From assembly GCA_973895155.1 (NCBI GenBank), contig OZ316894.1:11277892-11341891 (forward strand): DNA of 64,000 nucleotides, read 5' to 3'. Source of the stretch: Marsupella aquatica. Its lineage: Eukaryota; Plantae; Marchantiophyta. This document shows positions 40,974-51,305 of this stretch, piece by piece. The notes under the pieces are model-generated. The model searched no databases. It was not told the origin of the DNA and saw nothing but the letters and a program-made list of their open reading frames with translations. Numbering within the stretch: position 1 is the first letter of the stretch; the number at the start of each line of letters is the position of its first letter. Made by a program: the position numbers and the translations under genes.

Positions 40974-41491
40974 TCCTTTGACATGAATCAAAAATCTCAT
41001 CGTCAAATGATGATGAAGCGCATTGCACGTGCAAAGGTTATGAACCAAAACATGATATGGAGTCAAGCTGAAAACCTGATACCCGGTCTTCCAAACGATG
41101 TTGTCGAGAAATATATTTGGCCATTAGTCAAAGAGTTTTTCCACTCTCGTGAGAATTTGTCAGATAATGCGATTAAAAATCGGGTCATGGACTTGATCGC
41201 CATTCAAACAGTCAATAAGAAGTGGTGCCACATAGTTACTTATAGTAGTACTTGGGCGACGGTCACCTTGGTAGCTTACGACTTCACTGATAGACTAGGA
41301 TATGAATCGCTTCGAAGGAATTTGACTTCACGGAGTGTAGCATTCAAATTTACAGAATCCATCATAACTCTCCCGCCGCTGGACATTCTGAGTGGATTTG
41401 AAGGATCTGAACTTGACACGTTTAGGAACCTTTGGTTTTTGTTAGATGAAGATGAGCAAAAGGATTGGGTCAGGATAAACGTTCCTAAAAT
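40974..41491 (+). CDS. F-box-like module 3 (exon)
   Basis: LIPGLPNDVVEKYIWP..IQTVNKKWCHIV..TW; acceptor AG ends at 40973. Confidence 0.7.
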
Positions 41492-41569
41492 GTAATTTGG
41501 CACGACACGACCATGCGCGTGTTAGTATTTTATAATAAATGTTTAACTTTCATATTTGTCTATTTCAGA

Positions 41570-44500
41570 ATGGATCCTACCGGAACTTCAAAGCGGAAAA
41601 GAGACTCGTCTAAAGCTACTTCTCAAAAGAAAGCCAAGACAAAAATGACTCCCGCGGAGACATTCATACTTGCATATCGAGGAAAGTCAATCAGAGAGAG
41701 AACAACGGAGACAAAGAGTATCCATCTCTTTGATTCGACTGAGATATTCGATCTTGGAATAGTCGTTCGCAATGGGGCTGTCCGTCTTGTGGTGGCAAAA
41801 AATGATAAAGCTACAGTTTTGGAGAGGTCGCAAATTTTTGGGTGTTTCTTTGAGAAGAACATGAAAGTTAAAGAGTGTACAGAGGGCTTGGTTATGCTAG
41901 TCAACGACGACCAGCAGGAGGACAAAATAAGCATTTGTTTGGATCGAACGCAATATGTAACCTTCAATCAGCCCAGAATCAATGATCTTCTAGGTGCAAG
42001 GCACGCCTTGGAAAAGGTTACTAGTATGGAATATCCTTCCAATCCAGAGGGATCAACGGGAGATTTGATTTGTCAATACATTATTGACGTACTTGAGTTT
42101 CAGAGAGTTAGTTTCAACCAGGGATTTTGCTTGGGAAAGGCCCCCCCAGTTACCAAGGTTGAAATATACTCGGTGGAGAATCTTCCGAAAGTAATTACCT
42201 CAACAAATGTCGGGGCTCTGTTCGATTCTTTCCTCAAAGAATATAGTGTTGTGAATATATTTAACAGCAAGTCATTTTTTGTTGAGACATCACGTTGTCA
42301 TCTTGCACCGGACCACATCAAGTGCCGAGAGTGGAATCAGGATTTACACAAATAGGCTAAAGAATTCACTCCTCTCTCATTCGGCTATAAAGTTTAAAAA
42401 GCGATGTTGCTTTTTAGTCCCTGTGAAGTGGGTTCAGTCGGAGGCCGACAGAGATCCCGACTACAATGGGACACCCTACGATTTGGCGCTAACAGAGGAG
42501 GACATTATGACCAGTCATTTTTGGATACTCGGAGGCCAGCACACAATAATGGCGTACAAATTGCTGAAAAAGGATGACAAAGTCAGCCAAGTTGTACGAG
42601 ACGCATGCGGTACTGTAGAAGCTGTAATGTTTTGGGCAACGCTCAACAACAACAATAATGTTCATTTGATGGGACTATCGAAGGCTCTGAACCACTATCA
42701 TCAAACATCAATCGAAGGACAGTTTCTCACCATTGTACGACAATGTCGTAATATCTGAACTCATTTGGGCGGCCTGGATCACATTATCATCATCCAAATT
42801 GGAAGGTATATAAATAACCTTCTTCGATCACATTATCGTTTAAAATTTTGTTACGCAAACCGGCGCGTCAATCTTAGAATTTTTCTCACGCAAACGGTCA
42901 CATCAATCTTAGAATTGTCATGTTTCCATTGTTTTTCAGGTATTTATGAGAGCTACAAGTTTTGTTTGCCCATGGGCTCAAATGGGGAAGAACGCAATAA
43001 TGAAATTTGGAGAATTGGCTCCATTTCTCTTTACAATGGAGGACAAAACATTCAAGAAGTGGATGGAGGTCTACAAACTATCAAGGACAAGAGAGCTTGT
43101 AATTTACAACGGAATTTTATAGAGGGACGCCGTCAAAATTGTGGATAATCCCTGTGCTTATCATCTTCTGAAGAAGACGTTCCGTTCTTGTCAAGGATGC
43201 TCGGACTCGGTTCTTTGAAAGGCAGCGGAATATATGTTGAGCGGAAGACTGTCTATACTCAAAAACCAAAGCATCAAAGTGAAATCTGGGGGCTCTGTTG
43301 TTGTCAACGACCAGCATGAGTTTGGAGCAATTCTGTATAAAGAAGAAGACAAAAGTTGAGTTTGAGATTTTATTATTGAGTAAACTCAACGGGGACACAT
43401 CCACCCGGACGGAGCTGCAAATTCTGACAGATTCAGTGCGGAAATTGCGGGTCAAAGGAATGATTGATCGCTTTAAGCTTGACAAGATGGTGCTGAAGCA
43501 GTTGAGAGATGCGTTGAGTGGTTATCTGAAGAAGTGCTTAAATGTAAATATTAGTAATGATAATTTGTTGAAAGAGATCGACCCGATATTCCACAGGTTG
43601 GTGGAAGGAATACAGAAATTAGTTGAGAGTCAAGGAAACCAACTAGTGCGACCGGTCGATGAGAGGCTAAAATTGCAATCCCTGTAGGATATACAAAATG
43701 TTGGGTTTGTAGACTGTATCATACGTGAAGACAAGAACCTTGCAAGCTTGATTTATTTTGATTCCTCATCAATGGGAGATTTGCGTCCGCCAAATTGCTC
43801 ATTCTATGAGGGGTTATTTTGTGTGCTACTAGCGAGATAGGGGCAAAACCACACCATGTGGTTATTATTGTAGCCTCTCTCGTTGAGTCTTATTTAATCA
43901 AATGGGATTTAGGGAAGTACACACACTACGTTGTTGTCGATAGCCATTATATTCAGAAGCGGCCGAAGGAGAAGAAGCTTATTGTAACCTACGCTTTTCA
44001 TAGCTTGGCCTTCAGCACAATGGGCGATCCACAAGCCCTCGAGTTCCAATTGGTCTCCAAATATCAGATTGAGAAGATAGCCAATTTTGAAGAGAGCGGC
44101 GAGTACACGACACCTTCCCCAGAAAAGATACTTCCATTCTTTGAAAGTATTGTTAGTCAATTCGTCCAATGTGGGGAATGGGCTATATGCTTTGGCGAGG
44201 GAACCAACTTGATCCAGTGCTTAATGGTAAGTTTTGAGATTTATATTTTGGGGTTTTAATTTTAAGATTGTTTAGATTTTTATATTCTCAATTAATATTG
44301 TGAACTAATTTCGGCTTTTTTTACAGGATGCTAGATCCAATGTAAAATATTACTGCCCTGTGGCAACGCATAGGGAGTTATCTTGTTTCTTGCAACACAC
44401 CACGGCGACAATTGATACAATGCTGTCATTAATTGACCCAATACGGGCTAGTATAGAAAAATGTATAGATAAATTAATGAAGTACCGTCCATCCGTAACT

Positions 44501-44648
44501 GCTCTCAGGGCTGATGTTTTGGATGTCCTCCACGAACAACATATCCCTGATAATATTTGTAATCAATTATTGCAAGAGAATGCCCTCTCTGAAGATTCTG
44601 ATCGATTGTACATTCGACCAACGAAGTACCCTCATGGGCCAATCCAAG
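41570..44648 (+). pseudogene. NLS + ParB/Srx-like domain + helical region + degenerate amino-MTase-like domain (exons 41570-42805, 42940-44226, 44327-44648)
   Basis: KRKR..KKAKTK; CHLAPDHIKCREWNQD..RLKNSL..FWILGGQHTIMA..LSKALN (ParB-like GxH motif); ASLIYFDSS (motif IV position); PEKILPFFESIVSQFVQCGEWAICFGEGT (motif X-I position); several stops and frameshifts. Confidence 0.55.
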
Positions 44649-44776
44649 GTAGGTTACTTTTGAACCCTCTTACTTTTTCTTGTGTCACGCGAACATGCAC
44701 GTGGACATTCTTAACATTTCTTCTCACGCGAATATGCGCGTGAGTCATTCTTATCTAATGATCTGATTTTATTCAG

Positions 44777-46372
44777 ATCAAGTTGACTGCTGCTTCAATG
44801 TTGAGGATGCAGGGAGCAATGGTGATGCGGATGGTGAGGGGGAAGGTGACGTGGAAGGTGACACGGATGGGGATGTCAATGACCAAGATCCAGAGTGGAT
44901 GACCGATATGCAGAACGACATCGGAGATTCCGACAATAGCGAGGAAGAGAGTGACGGAGAGGAGATGAAGGACGCTGAGGACGCTGATGAAGAGGACGAG
45001 GAGATGGAGGGTTCTGAGGACGCTGAGGACTCTGATGAAGAGGCCACACAGGAGCCTCGACATGAGGCGGACCGAGAGGAGGCGGCCCGGCAGGAGGAGG
45101 CCAGAGAGGAGTCGGCCTGGCAGGAGTTGGTCTGGCAGGAGGCGACCCGGCAAAAGAAGGAGGCGGCCCGGCAGGAGAAGGCCCGACAAGAGGCGTCTCG
45201 GCAAGAGGAGCTTCAAAAGAAGGAGGTGACCCAGCAAGAGGAGGCCTGGCAGGAGGCGTCCTAACAAGAGGCGGCCCAGCAAGAGGCGGCCCGGCAAGAG
45301 GCGCTTCGAAAGAAGGAGGCTAAGAAGAAAAAGGCGGCAGCTAGAAAAGCAACTGCTGCAAAGAAGAAGGAAAAAGCCAACGCTGAGAAAGCCCAAGCAA
45401 AGAAAGCCGAAGCTGAGAAAGCCGAGGCTGAGAAAGCCCATGCTGAGAAAGCCCAGGCTGAGAAAGTGGAGGCTGAGAAAGCGGAGGCTGCGAGAGTCCT
45501 TTTAGTGACAGAGGCAAATAGGGCCAAGGCGGAGAGTGTGGCGGCTGAGAGGCTGCTGGCCGAGACGATGGTGGACGAGATCAAACAGACCGCAAGACCA
45601 GAGAGGGTGGAGGCGGAGAAGTTGAAGGCGGAAAAGGTCGATTCCGCAAGACTGGAGAGAGAAGAAGCCGCAAGATTGGAGAGGGTGGAGGCGGAGAAGG
45701 TGGAGGAAGTGAGGAAGGAGGCCGAGAGGGCCAAGGATCTTTCGCTTATTCCTGAGGCACAACATCTACCAAAAATAAAGTTGAATTTGAAGAAGCCTTC
45801 TTCACCCTCAGTTGCAGTTAAGAAGAAAATATTAGATTATTTTCTTCGCCCGGAGTTTGAATTTAACGATCCACCCTTAAGTACGGTCTCATTGGATGAT
45901 TGGAATAAACATTCACCAGAGCAGCTCCAAGTCCAGGTTGTCTTGGCTTTGCAATATTGGAAGGGTCTTTTGATTACCGAGGAGAAGACTGCCACTGCAT
46001 CCAGAATGGAGACAATCATCAATAATGTCTGCTTTTCCAAAAATTGAGTGCAAGACCTGGGAACGTCTTTGGCACCAGACTCGGCTCAAGTCGTTAAGAG
46101 ACTAACAGCTGACTTGACGCGACCGGGTTCGTGGTCTCAACCCCGATATACTGCAGAGGTCACTCACGCAGAAATTGTGGCACCGGATATTTTGGAATTG
46201 GATTCCTAGCCTGTGGAATATTTAAATCAAATGCCACAACCATTCGAAGGTCTTTCCGCCTCATCGCTCCAACCTTCGCAAACTGGTCCGGTGGAGCGAT
46301 CACTGCGGTCTCGAGGAGGGCTGAAGGATGTTGTTGCAAAGGAGGCACCCAAGAGATCAGCTGCAAAAACAG
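44777..46372 (+). pseudogene. Acidic low-complexity and E/A/K/R coiled-coil exon of the cargo gene
   Basis: In phase with the upstream exon; D/E-rich tract, then (RQEEA) and (AEKAE) repeats; in-frame stops at 45262, 46045 and ~46207. Confidence 0.7.
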
Positions 46373-46373
46373 T

Positions 46374-46470
46374 CTATTTCAATTATTATATTTCCTGAAG
46401 TATCATACCAATACGCGTTTTAAAGTTTTGATTGATATTTGTGGCGTTGATCATCACTCTCAAAAATGAA
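46374..46470 (+). pseudogene. nad9: Mitochondrial nad9 fragment (NUMT)
   Basis: LFQLLYFLKYHTNTRFKVLIDICGVDH.SQK resembles plant mt Nad9 LFQLLxFLKxHTxTRxQVLIDICGVDYPSRKRR; AT-rich; out of frame with the surrounding exon. Confidence 0.85.
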
Positions 46471-46645
46471 AGGCCGGATCCACCCAATCCAAAGGTCATT
46501 CGCAAGCTATAAGCTTAAAGTTTCTATTATAGCCGTCATTATTTTATTATTGATTTGTTATTGTTTCTGTTTTCTGAGGTAGAACACTTAGGCTACAACC
46601 TCAGTACGTTATTTGAAGGCGTACTGAAATCTCTATTTTTTGCAG

Positions 46646-47434
46646 TTTTTTGGAAATTTGGCTAGTCGAATAGATCAATGCCTTGATCCTTCTAAGGATA
46701 TGGAAGAGCTATTGACCAAGTTCTTACAACACTCGATCAAGAGGAAACATATGATGTGTCTAAGACCGCGCGAGTTGCTCACCGATGATATAATTAACGC
46801 TTATTTGAGTTTTCTCGAACTGATTCTCGATAGAGTTGGAAAGTCAGACCTTGTCAAATTCTTCCAAACACACCATTTTGAGCTTCTCTCCATGGATCCT
46901 ACCATTTTTGATGAGGAGAGAACAACTTGGACAAAGGAGTTTCCGCTAAAAATCAATGAATACGACAAACTGGTCTTTCCAATACACAATGATGTGAAAG
47001 AATATTGGTCATTGGTAGTTGTGTATCCGAAGGAGAAACGGCTCGAGTACCTAGATTCTCTAGTTCATAATCGACAAAATTCTGGGGTGCTAGAAATTGT
47101 TGGGAAGTATTACGCCGACAAAATTGGCTGGAGTACTGGTGTCAACTTGGATCTCTCAGGTTGGGAACGGATATATCGGAATGATATTCCTCACCAGAGT
47201 GACAGCCACAGTTGTGGTGTGTTTATCTTGAGATACGCCAAGTGCTTGTGTCAAGGAAACAAAATTAATTTTGCCACGGATCAAATTGAGAAATTCCGTA
47301 GGGAGATAGTCTTGTCATTATTTGACATGGACTTTCGCAAGCCAACGTCCGCAAATAACCTAGTTACCGGGATCCGTGCTGCTATGATTGACATTTTTGG
47401 CGGAATTCCAGCACTGAACGACCGTCTTGTACAT
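46646..47434 (+). CDS. Ulp1/peptidase C48 SUMO-protease domain exon; catalytic His replaced by Tyr
   Basis: LRPRELLTDDIINAYL, FFQTHHF, LVFPIHND..EYWSLVVV, YLDSL, PHQSDSHSCGVFIL. Confidence 0.85.
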
Positions 47435-47520
47435 GTAATACACTTCATTTCAGTGTCTCTCTTTATAGTCACGCGACCGTTTGCGTTATAAACTTATTTT
47501 CATTTCTTAATGTTTTACAG

Positions 47521-48424
47521 AAGCCTATCCCAAAACCCCCTGATCGAGTATCAAAGGCACCAGTCTGAAAGTCCGGTGATCGTCCGGAGGCGGGAAACAA
47601 ACAGACCGTTCTAGTACGTTCTCCAAACCCCGCGACATCAAAATCACAGGTACAGATGACGCCTAATCCATCAGCAAAGAAGTCACCGGTTCAGAAGAGA
47701 CTTGTAATTTTTGATCTGAATCGGTACTTATCTGGTCAGAGAAGATCAGCCCTGGGATGCCCATTCGGTCAAGGGGTGTGAGACAGATGCACAAGGTTAT
47801 CTATCCAAGGCCTGATTTAATGGAATTTCTTGAGAAGTGGCAGATCTATACGACATTGTGATCTGGTCATGCATGTTCAAACAAAATATTCTATCTTGTG
47901 TAAGGCTGATACTTCGACCCAAAGTTTTGAAACGTATTAAATTTATATGGGGACAAGAATCAACTCGACCTATTGGGAAGAATAATAATGACATCCCCTT
48001 ATTTGTGAAATGTCTCTCCGACATTGCCACCGATATTAAAGATTACAACATCGAGAATGTCATTCTTATCAATGATGTTACATATAAGACGAGCCTTAAT
48101 AACTTCTATTCATCGCTGTATCCCGATGCATATTCTGGGCTCGATGATGACCTATTTTTTAGAAAGAAACTATATCCATATCTATGCGACATGTCAATTG
48201 ACAAGTTGACATTCCGCGAGCTCCTTAGTGGATATGGGATTCCAACGTTCTCTCAAGAAAATCTTGAGAGAGATTATATTGATAAGACGAATCTTTGGAG
48301 GAGAAATGTGATCATTCGTAATCAGGGGAATAAAGACCATTTAGAAAAGTTTGACGAATATATGAAATACTTATCTGCCAAAAAAGACCGTGCTATAGAA
48401 GCCCGGGATAAGTCCGATAAGTAA
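47521..48424 (+). pseudogene. FCP1/NIF-like HAD domain 1
   Basis: KRLVIFDLNR, YDIVIWS, KFIWGQE, PLFVKCL, ENVILINDVTYKTSLN; disrupted near 47566-47830. Confidence 0.75.
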
Positions 48425-48555
48425 ACGTTTATTGTTTATTATCAATTATTATCTATAAATTGATTGAGATTGAACTTTATATTTTGGGAGTGACGCGCCC
48501 GGTCGCGTGGTTGTTTGCAATTGCATAATATGATAATCGAATTGTTCATTTATAG

Positions 48556-49180
48556 GTGTCTAAGTGGAGTAGGTCGCGTAAACATCTAGTTTTAGGACTA
48601 GAAAACTTCAACTAGAAAGCTCTGTTTAAAAATATACTCCTCAGCTCAAGTCGACACCCGGAATTCATATCGGATCTCTATGTGTCGTTCCGAGGCCGCA
48701 TCTTCATGATCTTATAAAATTCTGTTATGATCATTTTGATGTGATGGTCTAGTCTATTATTGACGACAAACTGGTTTATCAGATACTTTCAGAAGTGTTG
48801 TCGAGCACGACCTGTTGCAACTGATATATGTGTTCACGCGGGATCATTGCTGGAATCTTGGTTATGTGAAGAAAAATTATAAGACTGTTGTCATCAAATC
48901 TATCGAGAGACTACGTGATATGTTTCAAGATTATCGACCAGAGAATATAATCCAGATTGATGCCTATCCTTCCCATACATGCCAGACAGCTGTATGCGGA
49001 TTATTGTTTGCTATGTTGTTTCAAGGATCGTTGGATGATGTCTTTTTTGGAGGGATGACCTCATTCCATATTTACGAAAGCTATCAGATTCAGGGCTTTG
49101 TCTTGCGTTCGCTAACAAGTTTGATTATCCCATCTGGTTGATTAGAAATCTACATCGAGATTGGGATCTGAATGAGGATA
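48556..49180 (+). pseudogene. FCP1/NIF-like HAD domain 2 (degenerate)
   Basis: KHLVLGLENF, RPHLHDLIKFCYDHFDVMV, YVFTRDHC, VIKSIERL, ENIIQIDAYP; frameshifts and stops. Confidence 0.65.
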
Positions 49181-49355
49181 TATGGGAGCATCTGTACGTG
49201 CAGAGACATGTGGATCAAGTTCTTATCAAGCACTTCAACAGACGTCACTTATCAATGGCCAGAGTGTAGAGGATGTTGTCTCTGTAATATGTGACGCGAC
49301 CATTCGTGTGACTACATCCATACGGGCTCATGCATCTTCTTGTGTTTCTCTACAG

Positions 49356-50045
49356 GAGATTCATTGCAGCAGAGAAAATGGGCTCATAGTTTTAGACATG
49401 GAGCATCTACTCTGTTACACTGCACCGCATTCTCGACTAATGGCGGTCTCAACTAGAATTCGGATTGAGAATATATACGTTTTTCCAAGGCCTCATCTTC
49501 ACGAATTCTTGAGATTCTGTCTTGAGAATTTCGATGTAGGGATCTGGGCCTCTCTTGGGAAGAACCTTTTAGATCAGATTTTAGCATCTATTTTTACTGC
49601 GATGGAAATGGTCTCATTTAAGTATATTTGGGATCAGTCTCATTGTTACTTATGCGATGGGGTGACATCAAATAAACAGATATTTTTGAAGTGTTTTGAG
49701 AAGGTTGGAATTTATACAAAGGCGTATTTGCAGCAAAATATAATGTTTATCGAATTCGATGCATTTCATGCTTGTTTAGATCCTGTTGTTGGATCATAAT
49801 TTCCCCCCAAATATTTTGGGTCGGTCAACGACAATTTCCTGATTAACTTGTTGATTCCGTATCTTAGCAAGCTAGCAAAATCTTGTGAGCCACTTGTCAT
49901 TCCCAATGGAAGAGATTATCCTGATTGGTCAGTTAAATCTATTTTTAGAAATTATGATTATAATCATACTCTATGGGAAGACCCTGTGATTCAGAGGCAT
50001 GGAGATAGATATCTAGTAGAGCAATTTAACAGACGCCCAATTTAG
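49356..50045 (+). pseudogene. FCP1/NIF-like HAD domain 3
   Basis: LIVLDMEHLL, FPRPHLHEFLRFCLENFDVGIWAS, FKYIWDQSHC, IFLKCFEKV; stop at 49797-49799. Confidence 0.8.
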
Positions 50046-50334
50046 GACGCTTCCGAAATAATAGTCGGCATGAGATCAGATTAATTTGTATTGTCGTTCT
50101 AGAAATGATTTGTAAACTCCTTATATACTGGTTATCATATATAAAGGATCTCAGAGATTTATTTCTCTATTGTTATTATTTGCGTGAGCATGTCTTTTGG
50201 TCCCGTCAAGTTGGATTGGTTCAAATGTGACATTGCAGTCATTTCAGGGTTTCACGCGCAGCCACACGTCATGTCGCCCCCTTTTTATTAAAATAATAAT
50301 ATTTAGTGATTTTCGGAATTTCCAAAGTTCGGTT

Positions 50335-50351
50335 TTCCTTAAATTGGGGTT
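50335..50351 (-). repeat. Right TIR, TTCCTTAAATTGGGGTT
   Basis: Exact reverse complement of 29302-29318, followed by TSD AAGG. Confidence 0.92.
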
Positions 50352-51305
50352 AAGGGGCTCCTCCGGATTTCCCACAAGCGACTCCATCCACTCCATCGTG
50401 CTATCCTCATCCGGGTTCTCTTCTATAGTGGTTTTGGCTAGAGGTTCAGACGGTGGTTCCTTTGCAAGACTCCCCAAGATGGTAGTTGCAATCCTCCGTA
50501 TTTCCATGGTGAAGGGTGGCCCTGATTCTTCAGTTTCAGGAGAGGGGAGGAGCCCTTCTGACCTGGCCAAGAGGAATGACACCATCAAGTGAACGCTTCC
50601 TCCGGACTTCAGACTTTTAGGATCCATGGCCAATGTTTTCTTCAGCCCAAAGTACCACCATCCGTAAGTGTGACTTGGGTGAGCTTTGATGTCATTGGCA
50701 CTAGCCAGTTGATCTCCACTCACCATTCCAGATTGCCCCCAGCCAAGCACCCGTTGGTGTATCTTGGCCACCAACCCCTTGAAGGCTGGTTCCTTGAATG
50801 ATGAAAGGGGAATGTTGGTCACGGAGGTGGGATCTCTGACAACCCTAGCTAGCTGCTCCAACGTAAGTATCCCCGGTGGCTCCGTTGGCTGAAAAGTGAA
50901 ATCTTGGTTGTCCAAGAACAATAGCTTGGCCAGCTCCGTATTGGGAATCAATTTTTGTGTGCAATGAAAGTATATCCCCTCCGTACGGAACTCTAATCCT
51001 GCCTCCACGTTCCAAGTCCTACCATGGGGAATCCTGATCTCTACCCGAATGAAATTGGTGAGACGTGTGGCCTGAAAAATTTCCTTGCGTTCCTCCATCA
51101 TCTTGGCAGAAGTCCGCGGGTAGACTCTTTGGAAAACCCTCCTCTCAACCGATGCGCTATGGGTACTGTATGGTCCGGTACTCATGGCTGTATGTCTCTC
51201 TTCCCCCTCTTCAGCAATTTGCGACGCAATGTAATCCCGGTAAGCGGCCTTGTATCTACGTATATGGGCCCTACTGAACTCCGGTCTTTCCAATGACGAC
51301 CTCAT
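50352..51305 (-). pseudogene. N-terminal 318 codons of the host-element ORF (accessory TE protein, family not established)
   Basis: Open frame from ATG at 51305 to the TSD; continues in frame at 29297 once the transposon is removed. Confidence 0.7.

Larger units (their letters stand above)
29302..50351. mobile_element. Giant (21,050 bp) Sola-like TIR DNA transposon with cargo genes
   Basis: Perfect 17-bp TIRs; 4-bp TSD AAGG (29298-29301, 50352-50355); excision rejoins NPEEPL/NYDVPE in frame; internal transposase with DNC..NKN and GHTHEDID motifs. Confidence 0.9.

Noticed and set aside
44773-45765. Long minus-strand ORFs (222, 157 aa and others)
   Set aside because: Antisense shadows of the low-complexity E/A/K-rich plus-strand exon.
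29302-50351. Endogenous giant virus, Polinton or CACTA assignment for the 21-kb element
   Set aside because: No capsid, packaging ATPase, polB or integrase; termini are not CACTA; the TSD is 4 bp and the transposase motifs are Sola-like.
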